Both the position numbers and the translations under genes were made by a program. This document shows positions 36,997-56,564 of a stretch of 64,000 nucleotides of DNA, piece after piece. The stretch is from Octopus vulgaris (lineage: Eukaryota), in contig OX597814.1 in assembly GCA_951406725.2 (NCBI GenBank), positions 2,728,001 to 2,792,000 of the forward strand, in the 5' to 3' direction. Position 1 is the first letter of the stretch, and each line of letters starts with the position of its first letter. Below the pieces are notes generated by a model. It searched no databases and was not told the DNA's origin. It worked only from the letters and a program-made list of their open reading frames with translations.

Positions 36997-39644
36997 ATAT
37001 GTGACAGCTGTCTACTGGTGACCGGAAAAGACCATCACCGACCATTAAGAAGATGTATGTGCTTAGGTATATACACATATAAGTACATACACACACACAC
37101 ACACACACACTTACGAGTGACATAATGTATTAGCGTGCGCATGTATGTTTGTAGTTGTGTGGTATTTATGTTTTTATATGCACGGGTATAGCATTGAGGG
37201 ATTATCGATGAATCGATGCGTTCACAAAACATACTACAATGTGTAGACATTGTATATGGCCTTAGCTATTCGATAAACAGAGTTTGATAAAATAAAATGC
37301 TGTGTTTGGCCTAATCTCCCTAGCAACCAGTGTAGTTACAGCTTCTCGTCAATGTATACGGCAACAGTAACAGCATCATCAACGCCATCACCTTCATCAC
37401 ATTATCATCACAAGCCAATGTCAGAAAGCCTGAGCAGTCGCTTGATTGCTAGAAATGGTAGCCAAATCCCTTTGAAATCACCATCTTTTAGAAAATAAAT
37501 GTATTATATATTCCTGTAGCTCGGGGCTGCGTTATAAAAACGGTGACTGTTTCTGCGGTTGTTGACTCTTAATCACGAATGGGAACGAGGAATATTCTTT
37601 CATTCACTCATTCTTTCATTCGATCATTCATTCAATCCATCATTTCTAATTGTTTAACAGAGATGTCTTTTAACCCCAGGACGTTATTGCTCGAGGATAT
37701 TTAATAATTAAAGGCAGTCCAGCCGTGACCATACCGTGTCATGTATATTCCTATTTACACTGGTGTTAACTGCAATAATTGTTTCTCGTATAGACTTACA
37801 GACAGAAATTCTGGGAAAGTGGTCAGTCGATGCCATAGACCTCTCCCACCACCACTACCACCACCCCTACCACCACCACCACCACCATCACCACCACCAC
37901 CACCGTCACCACCGTCACCATCTTTTCTGTCACTCAATTTTATCGACACTAATTGATGAACAGCTTAGTCGACCACTATAGGTTTTGAATAGTCAAAGCG
38001 TAAAGAGCGTTAATAAACACTGCAAACATCTTTCTCCATATTCTAACCCTTCTATCAACTCAGTGCCGCATTGGTAATTCATTTAATGTGCTAATTAAAT
38101 CTTTTTTACACTTGTTTAAGCTGGGTCACCTGTGTGAAGTGGTGGCGGTCATTGCAAGTCCGTCATCTCTTTACATACCGTGATTTCTTTTGCTTTATTT
38201 ATGCTTGTATACTTACAAAACCAAGGTATAGTTTGTATGAGATTTTACTACTCTTTCTAACAGATCGAGCGACAGTGTAGAGATTGCCTCGTCTGCCTGA
38301 CCCCCACCTGCATTTACGAAATTTATTGAAGTGCTTTCGCTTTTACCTTGTTTGTTCTGTCTATAATCTTCCCCAAAATTCCAGCCTATGTCCGCTATCA
38401 CTCACAGTGGTCGAACATCATTATTATATAGATACATCAATGTAATAGAAGAAGAAAAAATATAGACAACGTAGTTTTCACGAAGGAAATTCTAAACCTT
38501 TAATAGAATACTGCAGAGGTCATAGTGTGACACTGGTTTATACTTAGGTATATTTTGTTCGTCTTTTATAGTCGGTATCTCTCTTTCTCTGACACTTCTT
38601 TAGGCGAGATTACATTCGTCTCTGATCAGTGTTAACTCAATCACGGCAGTCTTTTGAAGAACTGACGGGATTATGAAATTTATTGATTTTAATTTCATTA
38701 TAGCACATTTTCGAACGAACTATAAATGTTCTAAGCGCGATCCATCCTATATTATATTTTGATACAGATTTTTGCAACATTCTTTTGTGTTTAAATCTTT
38801 TGTGTGTAATAAACTTTTGTAAGATGTGGATAATGTGGGCAATAATCTATTGTGTTTGAAAGTATATTGCTTTGCCAGTAAAATTATTTTAGTAGTTTTT
38901 CTGTGTGATGTTGCTAGTTCGGTATACTTTTAAGCACGCCTATTAACTGACAACGACATTTAGTGATAACAGCGTTGTTTCGCCTTTTGATTAGATTTAA
39001 AAATATACGAAACGTCGAAACTACTGTCTCTACACTTGTGGGAATTTATGATAGAAGTATTAAAAAATATTATGTTAAGCTATGAATATGGTAACATTTT
39101 TCAACTCTCTTAACGTGTTTATATCAACACTTTCAAAGTAATGTGTGTACAACAAGGTGAAAATAGAGAATACAAAGAAATGGCTGCTGGTCTACCTCGG
39201 CAACAAGTGATTCAGAAAAGTTCATAAAAGATCAGTGAATTGATCTGCTGTAAGGAAAGTTCTAACATTTCGGAAAATCGTCTTTTTTCATAGAAAGAGA
39301 AAGATGGGGTGGGAGTTAGGGAGAAAGGGAGGGAAGAAGAAAAGCAGTGAGAAAAGTTACAACATTTCGGACAATCGTCTTTCATTTTCAGTGAGAGAGA
39401 GGTGAGTAGGGGAGAAAGAGAGAATGTCTTGAACGATTTCACGCAAGAAGACTTCAGATTTTTATAAAACTGACCAAATTTCTCACAAACCTAATCCGCC
39501 AGCGCAACTATTGTTATTTTTATATAAAATCTATAAATCAACTGATCTGTCCATTCATACTTAAACTAAGCATCTACGAAACAAGCATCCTGCACTTGTA
39601 CCCCGCCTCTCACTCTCTCATTCTCTCTGTGTATATACTTTATA

Positions 39645-41982
39645 TATAATATACAGACAGACATGCTGACCTTCAGGAACATTGTGCGCTCTTGATCTAA
39701 CTTATATTTTGCTTTTGCGGCTCTGTTGGTAGCTAATGAGCCCTGCTCTTGACAAGCATACACGACTGCAAACATTGCAGACCAAGCTTTCCCCAGCAGC
39801 GTGCTTTCGAGCAGAACGCTTAAGTTCTTCAAGCAGAATACGTGCTCTCTCAAAGGTATCGATCTCCTCCTTAACCTGTTTCATCCATCTGTGGCGATGA
39901 CAGGCATTGCTCTCCCAATCAGTTTCCTGCATAAAAACAGGCCTTTAATGAGGACCTGCCGCAGTCAATCGCAGCCTTGGTTTCTCTCTTTCCACTCATA
40001 AATTCCCCATTTGCCATCTGTTTTGGAATCTTGCTATCCTTCATTCTAATACGTTGTCCAGTCCAACGTAACTGGTGTCTGTGCACCATCGCCTCAATAC
40101 TCAAGATATTAGCTGTCCTCAGGACCTGTGTGTCTGGAGTTTTTAAGGTTCACCCAACATTTAGAACGTGCCTCAGACATCTCTGATGAAAGCATTCAAG
40201 GACTCTTTCGTGGCGTTTGTAAAGGGTCCATGTCTCAGATGAATAAAGGAGCGATGTCAGTACACATTCACGGTACACAGAAATTTTTGTTTGCTTCGTG
40301 GTGACATGCTGGGGCCAGACACAAGACTGAAGAGACCGGAAAAAATCGATTGCTCTCTGCTGCCTGAAAGATATCTCCTCATCCAGGGAGCAAAAACGGC
40401 TGAATGTGCTGCCCAGGTAGACAAACTTGTCTACTACTTTCAGAATTGTTCCTTCAACAAGGATAGCTGGTTCCACATATGGATCTCCTGGTGCAGGCTG
40501 GAACATTACAGCAAGCTTGTCCAGGTTAATGCCGAGTTCAAATGTCTTGCAAGAAGCAGAAATACGATTCAGAAGTATTTGCATGTCATCCACTGTATGA
40601 GTGACTAAGTCACAGTCATCTGCATAAAGGAGGTCACGAATAAGAGACTGGAAAACTTTCTGAATTGGCAGCAAATCGGCGCAAATTAAAAGGCGGCCAG
40701 GAGATCGATACCTGACATATATTCCCAGAGAGCTAACCTTAGCAAAACATGATTAAAAGCAGCAACAAAGAGAGTTGGGGCAAGGATGTCACCCTGCTTG
40801 ATACCATTCTCTACAGGAATGGGTCCTGCCATGCCACCACCAACACTGACCCAAGCCTCCATCTCATCGTGAAATGATTTAATTATAGATACAAAGTGAT
40901 TCAGGCATCCAAGTTTGTCGCCGTATTCACAGTATCAAAGGCCTTGGTTAAATCAATGAATACCTGAACAAGATCCATATTCACCTCATCGCACTCCTGC
41001 ATCTGTGTTGATGTGAAATTCATATCCATTGTCCTTCTACCATATCGGAAGCCACAATGAGATTCAGATAGGACATCATTTACGAGACATCCATTCAGGC
41101 AGGTAAGAAGAATATTTGCCAGAACTTTGCCAGCAGCTGATAGTAATACCTCTGTAGTTACCACACATTGTTCTGGCTCCTATTTCTTTATAGAGAGGAA
41201 GAATAATTGCATCCTTCCAGCCCTTAGGCATTGTACCATCCCCCCAGACTGCCCTAATAAGTTCATGAAGGGACTGTATGATGTAATCACCATCAAATCG
41301 CAAGGCCTCAGCACATATTCCATCCCTCACAGGTGCCCTACCAAGATTCAATTTACTTATTGCTGTCATTACCTCATCTATTGAAGGCGTGGAAATTTAA
41401 GGAGCCAATTGTAGGCCTTTGTTGCATAATATCAATCACTGTTTCATCCACAATTGACTCATGGTTTAGGAGTTCAGAGACATGTTCGATCTAGCGACCT
41501 GTGATTTCTGTTGATTTAGTAATTAGAGTGGAAGGCTCCTTGGAAAGAAAAGGAGCTGATATGGAGTTCTTGGGCCCATAAACTTGCTTCATAAGATGGT
41601 AAAGCTTCTATCTGTCGTTTGCATCAGCAGCAGCTTGAGCGTCATGAGCAAGATCCTCCCACCAAGTGTTCTGCATCTTCCTGTGAGATCGCTGCTATAG
41701 TGATTTTAAACTGCTATAGTGGGCAAGTGCTAGATTTCGCTGCACAGCAGGAAGTCTTCTGTACAGCAATACATTGTGGGCATGGTGCTTTATAACCAAT
41801 AGTCACTGAACTTCACCATGATTTTCATCAAACAAGTCCAGCAAGTGCCAAACTTTAGCCCTTGTGATGTAAAGTCCATGTTTATCGCAAATCTCCAGCA
41901 GCATGAGGCCATTGCTATTCATTTTCCCTACTCCAAAACTTCTTAGAGAGTTCCATGTTTGCCAGTCTGTTCCAACCCTCTG
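39645..41982 (-). pseudogene. RTE-clade LINE, 5' truncated and frameshifted (APE endonuclease end, RT, C-terminal C2H2-like motif)
   Basis: [15 protein letters not shown]; CGNYRGIT; ESHCGFRYGRRTMD; VFIDLTKAFDTVN; DLLYADDCDL; VDKFVYLGS; LLYSSETWT; CNVCSRVCLSRAGLIS. Confidence 0.93.
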
Positions 41983-41998
41983 TATGTGCGTGTGTGTG

Positions 41999-42071
<73 letters not shown>

Positions 42072-42090
42072 GTATATATATGTATATATG

Positions 42091-42123
<33 letters not shown>

Positions 42124-42454
42124 GTATATATATAATATATATATATGTATATATGTATGTATGTATATATATATATATATAAACAATATGCATAATATAT
42201 ATAATCTCAAGCGTGTATACATATATACTTGTATGAGTACGAGGTGACACAGTGAAGTTGTTTGTAAGCTGCGAACCACTAGAGATAATGGTAGTGTGTA
42301 TAAGGTATTTATAACAAGCACTTAGTAATTCAGTCTATAAAACTGGAGCCACAGACCACTTAGAGTTGGCCTTCTACAACTCGGAAATCCTGTAAAAATC
42401 TATTAAGAATAATAAATGCCTATTGTTTTGTTTGAGGCTGTTGTTGTTGAGGCT

Positions 42455-42490
<36 letters not shown>

Positions 42491-43542
42491 GAAGATGAGG
42501 TCGTGGTCTTGGATGTTTATCCGGTAGAACTATGATCAATAATATTCCAGCTTTGGCCATCGCGTCTATTGTTAGTGTATCCACACCATAGATTATCCAA
42601 TGCACACTTCCGTATTTAAATGGGTGGCGTTTCATTTGACTGAGATTTGACTTCTGTTTCAAGCAGGTCAAGTGATTACATAGGGAATCCTCTGTTGGTT
42701 AATCATTGTTTTTTTTTTAGCCCTGGGAAGAAACTGATCTTACAAATTATGATCAACTGCTTTCCAGCTGTGACAACACCATCGTATTTTCAACAACCGC
42801 GTTACATATGTGGAATCTTGCTTTCGCTATATTTTAATTTCAGGCTGATGTTGCTATGGTTTTTAATTGTAAATATTGCAGATACTGTGAATATGCCCCC
42901 AGTGGTTATGCATAAACAGGATTTTACATTGAAAGCTTTGTAAAATGAAACCTGCGAATATCAAAGCTGGATTCAACTCATTCTGTTCAAAATTCCTGTT
43001 TTACTTGGCTACGTTTCGGAGGAAATGGCTTTACAATCCGAGATTAGGAAAGCAGTTAGGTCACAGAATCGTTGGCCCAACAAACGAAATGCTTAGCAGC
43101 ATTTCTTTCGTTGATTCAGGATTCTGAACTCAAATTCCGTCGGGGTCAACTTTTCATTTCCTTATTTCATGTCAATAAAATCAAATTCTAAGGTCGCTAT
43201 AGTCGACTTGTCCCTTCCTCCCTATTTCAAGCCTTCAGTTTATAAAAGAGATATTATAAGACTAAGAAGAGAGAATCAAAATGTCTAACCCACAAATAGA
43301 TACGGTACCAGCCTTAAACACCAAAGTATTCGCAGAAATGTTGATTATGTAATATTTGGTTTGCAAAATTCTTGATGTGAATTCGTGAGTTGAAACATAT
43401 TTTGTTGTCTTGAGAGGGTCGTTATGCCAATAATAATAAAAGACTTTGAAGAAAGAGGGCACATCATGGATGAAGTCACGAATAGCGACGAAAGGATTTT
43501 GGCAAGCAAAAGTCCGATTGATTGTTTAACCAATCGGTTTTT

Positions 43543-43924
43543 TGCGGCGAGCTGGCAGAAACGTTAGCACGCCGGGCGAAATGCTTAGCGGTATTTCGTC
43601 TGCCGTTACGTTGTGAGTTCAAATTCCGCCAAGGTCGACTTTGCCTTTCATCCTTTCGGGGTCGATAAATTAAGTACCAGTTACGCACTGGGTTCGATGT
43701 AATTGACTTAATACCTATGTCTGTCCTTGTTTGTCCCCTCTGTGTTTAGCCCCTTGTGGGTAATAAAGAAATAGGTATTTCGTCTGCTGCTACGTTCTGA
43801 GTTAAAATTCCGCCGAGGTCGACTTTGCCTTTCATCCTTTCCGGGTCGATTAAATAAGTACCATTTGTCTGTGCTTGTTAGTCCCCTCTGTGTGTAGCCC
43901 CTTGTGGGCAGTAAAGAAATAAAT
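43543..43924 (+). mobile_element. Meta-like SINE with internal partial duplication
   Basis: GCGGCGAGCTGGCAGAAACGTTAGC head; GCCTTTCATCCTTT domain occurs twice; GATTGATTGTTTAACCA on both flanks. Confidence 0.88.
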
Positions 43925-44268
43925 AACTGATTGATTGTTTAACCAGTATATTACACAAACGATCGATTAGTAAGTTGGATATTGAACCAATTGACTAACG
44001 ATAAAGAAGTGATTTTGAACCAGTGTTTGTATTTCTTATGATTGGTGTGATGACCCTCCCGAGACAAAACAAGATCTGTAGAATATATTACACCTACGAT
44101 TAGTAGTTAGTCAAAATTGTCATTACTTTACAAATTTTTAACGCAGATAGTATCCCTGTTGTTGAATACACAGATAGGAAGAGCAATAAGAAATAATGAT
44201 GAAATATTCTCGATAACTGGAGAAATATTTTTTGTAGTCGAAGTTGATGAGAGACAAAAATAGCAGAA

Positions 44269-44421
44269 GAGGGGACAAGAAGAAAAAAGAAAAAGAGGGG
44301 ACAAGAAGAAAAAAGAAAAAGAGGGGACAAGAAGAAAAAAGAAAAAGAGGGGACAAGAAGAAAAAAGAAAAAGAGGGGACAAGAAGAAAAAAGAAAAAGA
44401 GGGGACAAGAAGAAAAAAAGA
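44269..44421. repeat. ~26-bp purine-rich minisatellite (GAGGGGACAAGAAGAAAAAAGAAAAA), 6 units
   Basis: Direct reading. Confidence 0.95.
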
Positions 44422-44561
44422 ATTGAAATCAAGGTAAGATTAAGGGTACGTGTGAAAGCACTGGTTAATCCATAAATATAGAATATTTATCCGCCAATGC
44501 TGTCTCCATCATTCATTCCCACTGTCTGATATTTGTGCGTGTGTGTATATATATATATGTA

Positions 44562-44743
<182 letters not shown>

Positions 44744-44921
44744 CATACATGTATATATATATACATATATATATAAACATACATGCATACATGTATACAT
44801 ACATACACACATAAATACATGCATACATATATACACACATACATACATGCATACATATATACACACATACATGCATACATACATACATACATACATAAAT
44901 ACATACATACATACGCACATG

Positions 44922-44953
<32 letters not shown>

Positions 44954-45096
44954 CATACATACATACATACATACATACATACATACATACATGCATACAT
45001 GCATACATACATACATACATACATACATACATACATACATACATACATACATACATACATACATACATACATCGCCAAGTACTGCGTCCCAGCTGA

Positions 45097-45330
45097 TACG
45101 TGAAATTAATGTACAAGTGGCTGAGCACTCCGCAGACACGTGTATTCTTAACGTAGTTCTCGAGGAGATTCAGCGTGACACAGCGTGTGAAATACAAGTA
45201 CAACTCATTTTTGCTGAAAGCCACGTGAAATAAACATTCTTGCTCAAGGACTCAACGCGTCGCTGGGAATTGAACTCACGACCTCACGATTGTGAGCCTA
45301 ATGCCCTAACCACTAAGCCATGCGCCTTCA
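45097..45330 (-). mobile_element. CORE-like SINE, head B + partial tail X (duplicate at 49449-49682)
   Basis: Matches 14772-15090. Confidence 0.8.
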
Positions 45331-45424
45331 CCCGTTGAATGTTAACATAAAGCTGAAGATCAGGGGAAAAGAGAATACCTACGCTGAAATAGAGAGAAAT
45401 CTTCAGCTAGTCTATCCAAATTAT

Positions 45425-45638
45425 TTTCTACTCTAGGCACAAGGCCCGAAATTTTTGGGGAGGGAGACCAGTCAATTAGATCGATCGCCACTACGCAACT
45501 GGCACTTAATTTATCGACCCCGAAAGGATGAAAGGCAAAGTCGACCTTGGAAGAATTTGAACTCAGAACGTAAAGACAGACGAAATACCGCTAAACATTT
45601 CTCCCAGCATGCTAACGTTTCTGCCAGCACGGTGCCTT
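45425..45638 (-). mobile_element. Meta-like SINE (duplicate at 49777-49990)
   Basis: TCGACCCCGAAAGGATGAAAGGCAAAGTCGACC. Confidence 0.85.
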
Positions 45639-45944
45639 ACTCTATCCAGCTTACAAGTTAAGGTTTATACCTGTAATTATTGGGGGCATGGGATATCTAA
45701 CACTCTGCTTAAATACCAGTCTTGGGAAATTAGTGTTTCTCAAAACCAGAAAGGAGAAAGCTAATTTGAAGACTACAGATCCAATCTTTCATGGAACTGT
45801 AAAAGTCTTGGGAACTTTCCAAAAGTTTACCACTTAAATATATATGAGCATGTCTAGATATGTAACTATATGCATGGGAATATATACACAAAACATACGC
45901 ACGCAGATACATGCATGCATACATACATACATACATACATACAT

Positions 45945-45975
<31 letters not shown>

Positions 45976-46342
45976 TACATACATACATACATACATACAT
46001 ACATACATACACACATACATACATATATACACACACACACATACACACATACACACATACACACATACATACATACATACGTTCATACATACATACACAC
46101 ATACATACATACATACATACATACATACATACATACATACATACATACATACATACATACGTACTTACATACGTACATACGTGGGTACGTATGTACGTAC
46201 ATGCAAATATACCCTATTGTTAATGGTGAAATTCCAATGAAGGAACCTTGTAACAAGGTTAGAAACCGGCTCTTTCTCTGTTAGCAGGAATTCTTGAAGT
46301 TAAACTGAATGACATACATACATACATGCATACATACATATT

Positions 46343-46555
46343 TGAGGGGGTGCTGAAAAGTTCCTGGCTTCAAAGTTATCGGGAAAGGCCTGGCTGGAGA
46401 ACCAACCTTCGGAGTTTTTTAACAGGGCTTAGAAAAACAGAAGGACTGTTGCGATAAGTGTGGGAATCTGAGAGGGGAATATGTTACATATAATCATAAT
46501 TAACTGAACCTCCTGTAATTACTTTTACCCAAAGTCAGGAACTCTTCGGCAACCA
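46343..46555 (+). mobile_element. Internally deleted mariner element (duplicate at ~51163-51418)
   Basis: TIR GAGGGGGTGCTGAAAAGTTCCTGGCT and partial AGTCAGGAACTCTTCGGCA; remnant ..CDKCGNLRGEYVT* like the mariner C-terminus KC....G.YVE. Confidence 0.75.
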
Positions 46556-46970
46556 GGCGCAGGAGTGGCTGTGTGGTAAGTAGCTTGTTTACCAACCACA
46601 AGGTTCCGGGTTCAGTCACACTGCGTGGCACCTTGGGCAAGTGTCTTCTACTATAGCCTCGGGCCGACCAAAGCCTTGTGAGTGGATTTGGTAGACGGAA
46701 ACTGAAAGAAGCCCGTCGTATATATGTATGTATATGCGTGTGTGTGTGTGCGTGTATGTTTGTGTGTTTGTGTTTGTGCCCCTAGCATCGCTTGACAACC
46801 GATGCTGGTGTGTTTATGTCCCCGTCACCTAGCAGTTCGGCAAAAGAGACCGATAGAATAAGTACTGGGCTTACAAAGAATAAGTCCCGGGGTCGAGTTG
46901 CTCGACTAAAGGCGGCGCTCCAGCATGGCCGCAGTCAACTGACTGAAACAAGTAAAAGAGTAAAAGAGTA
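46556..46970 (+). mobile_element. Dominant bipartite SINE (duplicate at 51419-51841)
   Basis: Full head-to-tail match. Confidence 0.92.
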
Positions 46971-47205
46971 ACCCTTCATGTGTGTGTGTGTGTGTGTGTG
47001 TGTGTATAAATGTTCTCATGCATAAAAACAATTTAACATTTAACAGAGGAATTACTCAATAAAATTTCATGTTTATCAACGTTTTACTAGGAAAAGGTTT
47101 GACAACGACTTTGATATTTCGGTTACCTTGCCTTCGCCCCTCTCTTTCTGTCTCCCTCTATCATTGTATCTCTCTGCCGCGATCTCTCTCTGGCTTTGTA
47201 TACAT

Positions 47206-47271
<66 letters not shown>

Positions 47272-47633
47272 TCATACATACATATACAAGCATGCATGCA
47301 AATATAAAAATAAACTCAGAAAGTAAATTTAAAAAATGTAAATAATAAAGAAAAACATACATATATAAAAACTGTACACGAATTTCTTCTGAATAACACG
47401 TTAGGAGAAAATATAAAGAAAGGAACTGTTTTTTTTTATATAATTATATTTATTATTTTCGTCATTGATTTTCATTTTTAAATTTTGTATTTTTTCTACT
47501 TTTTTGTGAAGATGCTTTACCTTAAAAAAAACAACAATTTTTTGAATTTAATAGATTTCTTGAACATAAAGTTTGACAAAATAAAATTCCTGATGTAAGA
47601 GAAAAACTATTTAAAACAAATATCGTCGCAGTT

Positions 47634-47733
47634 NNNNNNNNNNNNNNNNNNNNNNNNNNNNNNNNNNNNNNNNNNNNNNNNNNNNNNNNNNNNNNNNNNN
47701 NNNNNNNNNNNNNNNNNNNNNNNNNNNNNNNNN
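47634..47733. other. Assembly gap (100 N)
   Basis: Direct reading. Confidence 1.
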
Positions 47734-52656
<4,923 letters not shown>

Positions 52657-53144
52657 TCCCTTAATTAATTAAGTAATAAATTACAAGGGAAATATAATTA
52701 GCTGTGACAATTATTGTGTTTACGAAGAAACAACTGAGGATAAAATAGAATTAAACAATACAGAATTGTTGTTCCGCTCTTTTATTTATAATTTTTTATA
52801 CGTTTTTGGGTGTTTTTTTTTCTTTTCTCACCGACATGTGAGAAAGATTTAATTTTCATAAGAAATATAATACTTTTTATTAAAACTTCTCACCCTGAAT
52901 GATTGAATATTAAATTAAAGATTATACAACACACACAGATACATAAATACACGCACACATACACATATACGTATATACATATATACAGATACACGCATAC
53001 ATATATTCATACACGTGTATATATTCGTGTGTACATATATATATATATATATATGAAGGTGTATTCATAAAATTATTTGACTCTGTGTATGTGTGAGTGT
53101 TAAGCGGATTTGGTCATATATATGAATGTGTAAATACGTACCCT

Positions 53145-53312
<168 letters not shown>

Positions 53313-53913
53313 ATATACACAGACGTACATACTTTCTAGCATACACACAAGCATATAAACTTATATACCTACGTGTGTATACACACACACACACACACAC
53401 AGAGTCTATAAAGCAGAACGTTAAACATACTGCGTTAATATTGAATTAGCAAAACTGAATGAGTCAACAACGAGGAAACGCCATTTTAATTTTCAAATGT
53501 AATTTAAGAAAATCTTATAAACAAATATATTTTCATGTCTAGAAGTAAAACTACTGAAACAGGAAAAGAAGACAGTATGAGTAACTGCAAAACAATGTAT
53601 TTTGATGCTGTTTTGCTTGGTTTCGTTATTTGATTGTGGCCATGCTGATGTCCTTCTTTCACTCGTTACCTTGTCATACCGACCAGAACTCTTTTTTTAC
53701 TGAGCTTTTAATACAAAGCTTTTGACAGACCACCGCTTTTAAAATGGCGTAAATAGGTTTTTTTTTGTTTGTTCTGGAAGAAGTGTCTTTGTCGATGCTT
53801 TCTTCAAGTCCTACGAAACGAGAAAGGTCTATGCGGTTTACGTTACTCCGGAAGATTTGAAACTCTTCGGTTACACAAGAACCACATGGGGGAAGACATT
53901 ACCGTAATGCTAA

Positions 53914-54141
53914 GGCGGCGAGCTGGCAGAAACGTTAGCACGCCGGGCGAAATGCGTAGCTGTATTTCGTCTGCCGTTACGTTCTGAGTTCAAATTCCGC
54001 CGAGGTCGACTTTGCCTTTCATCCTTTCGGGGTCGATAAATTAAGAACCAGTTACGTACTGGGGTCGATATAATCGACTCAATCCGTTTGTCTGTCCTTG
54101 TTTGTCCCTTCTGTGTTTAAATCCTTGTGGGTAGTAAAGAA
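53914..54141 (+). mobile_element. Meta-like SINE, full length, with 16-bp TSD
   Basis: ATTACCGTAATGCTAA at 53898-53913 and 54142-54157. Confidence 0.93.
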
Positions 54142-54199
54142 ATTACCGTAATGCTAACTTTCTGGTGTGGTAGCAACTGTACCTAATAGGCATAGAAAT

Positions 54200-54827
54200 T
54201 ATTCTATAGGCACAAGTCCTGACATATTAGGGCGAGGGGGGGGAAAGGGACTAATCGATTATATGGACTTCAGTGCTTGACTGATAAATCTATTACCGAC
54301 CCCGAAACGGTGAAAAGCAAAGTCGACCACGGCGGAATTTGAACTCAGAATGTAAAGACGGACGAATTGCTGCTATGTATTTCGTCTTAACGATTCTGCC
54401 TGCTCGCTGCATTTCATTTCTTTTCTACTCAAGGCCACAAGGCCCGAAATTTTCTGGGACGTGGGGGGAGGGGGACAGTCAATTTGTTCGATCCCAGTAC
54501 GCAAGTGATACTTAATTTATCGACCCCGAAAGGATGAAAAGCAAAGTCGACCTCGGCGGAATTTGAACTCAGAACGTAGCAGCAGACGAAAAACCTATTT
54601 CTTTACTACCCACGAGGGGCCAAAACCAGAGAGGACTAAAAAGGACAGACAAACGGATTAAGTCGATTACATCGACCCCAGTGCGTTACTGGTACTTATT
54701 TAATCGACCCCGAAAGGATGAAAGGCAAAGTGGACCTCGGCGGAATTTGAACTCAGAACGTAACGGCAGACGAAATACGGCTACGCATATCGCCCCGCGT
54801 GCTTACGTTTCTGCCAGCTCGCCGCCT
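54200..54827 (-). mobile_element. Cluster of Meta-like SINE copies (one diverged, one dimeric)
   Basis: Three CGACCCCGAAA..GAAAAGCAAAGTCGACC domains; head at 54827. Confidence 0.85.
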
Positions 54828-54989
54828 TCGGCATAGTAATTATTTCTGGCGTGGAGACGCAATATGGTTGATGAGAGCAGAATCGAATGTGTAAAGAAAA
54901 CCTGAATGGAGATATTAATCGGTTAGCCCAACTCAGAATAGTTACGATTACTGCAATAATGGTATTTAGGAGTGCGAGAGCATGTAAGT

Positions 54990-55830
54990 CGTCTGCGGGT
55001 CATATACTGGAATACCTTAACGCCTGGTTCCATGCCAATCATTTTAAAGGCCTTCTTTGAGAAATAGCTTAGAATGTCAGAGAATGCTACATCTACAATA
55101 TGCTAGCTGTGGAAGCTGTAGTTCGTTCGCTTTGCTGTTTGTTACTCGATGTTGAGGAAAAAATGGACTCCCAGACTCTGAAGAGAAAGGCCAATATTTG
55201 TTGCACAGTTTTTGATTATGTTTAGAATGTTAGTGACCAGGGTGGATCTTCAATGATGGCGAGCCGCAGTATTTGTGGCAGTTTTCAAGGTTCCACTTAT
55301 GTGGGATTCAGGTTTAGAAAGTTGTCATAGCGATTTTACTGATATGTTTAGTAGAAGTGTAGATTTGAAGGAGACAAGATTATCCTCATAACCGGGTTGG
55401 AAGATGCTTTCAAGGTCTCCGTTCACAGGGTTCGTACGGAGTGTAGAATCCACAAAGAAATGCGTGTATCCAGAAGATGTGTCATGAAGAGAGGAGTAAA
55501 AGTGTTGTTGATAAGAGAGGAGAAACCACTTTGGACAGAAGGCCGAAAGTAGTGGCGCATCAAATTTCATAGAGCATGGATTAGAGTGAAAGAGAGAGAG
55601 ATAGCGGGGAGAGAGAGGACAGATAAACACAGAAAGCGCCATTAGCACTTGTTATGAAAGAGCGATGTAACCGGAAGTCTCCGATGAAGGAGGCGAGAGA
55701 CGGATATAGCGGAAAGGCGTAAAATATGAGGGGCCATTGTGCCAAACATGCTCGAAAGACTTATGTGTGTGATGAGTAACAACAATGACCTCATCAGGTT
55801 CGTTGACAGCTGTTGTCCAGTTGTGAATCA
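54990..55830 (-). pseudogene. Decayed LINE reverse transcriptase fragment (CR1/Jockey-like)
   Basis: WTTAVNEPDEVIVV..KSFEHVWH (cf. KAFDRVWH); THFFVDSTL (cf. HSYADDTTL); NGDLESIF..DNLVSFKST; SLGVHF. Confidence 0.65.
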
Positions 55831-55904
55831 AGTACACACATACACGCACATACACGCACACACATGCACAGGCACACCTACAAACACACACACACACTCA
55901 CAAT

Positions 55905-56125
55905 AAGCTTCTTTCAGTTTCCGACTACCAAATCCTAATTCAGACGGCTTTTGTTGGCCCGGGGCATTTGTAGAAGACACTCGTCCAAGATGTCACGCAG
56001 TGGAACTGAAACTGGAAACATGTGGTAAATGTATATGCATAAATATAAATATCCATGCAATACGACGGGCTTCTTCCAGTTTTCGGTTGACGAAATCTAC
56101 TCACGAGGCTTTGGTCGACTCGGAG
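55905..56125 (-). mobile_element. Two diverged 5'-half fragments of the dominant SINE
   Basis: GCTTCTTTCAGTTTCCG..; CACGAGGCTTTGGTCG. Confidence 0.7.
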
Positions 56126-56174
56126 TTATACAAAAAGAGAGCAAATAGCTTGGCAGTGACATGGCAGCGCTTGT

Positions 56175-56443
56175 GTATGTATGTATGTATGTATGTATGT
56201 ATGTATGTATGTATGTATGTACGTATGTATGTATTTATGTATGTATGTATGTATGTATGTACGTATGTATGTATGTATGTATGTATGTATGTATGTATGT
56301 ATGTATGTATGTACGTACGTATGTATGTATGTATGTATGTATGTATGTATGTATGTATGCATGTATGTATGTATGTATGTATCAATGTATGTATGTATGT
56401 ATGTATGTATGTATGTATGTATGTATGTATGTATGTATGTATG

Positions 56444-56474
<31 letters not shown>

Positions 56475-56532
56475 CGTATGTATGTATGTATGTATGTATG
56501 TATGTATGTATGTATGTATGTATGTATGTATG

Positions 56533-56564
<32 letters not shown>

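Noticed and set aside
40150-40674. 174-aa RT ORF as a functional gene
   Set aside because: Part of an RTE LINE with many frameshifts and stops
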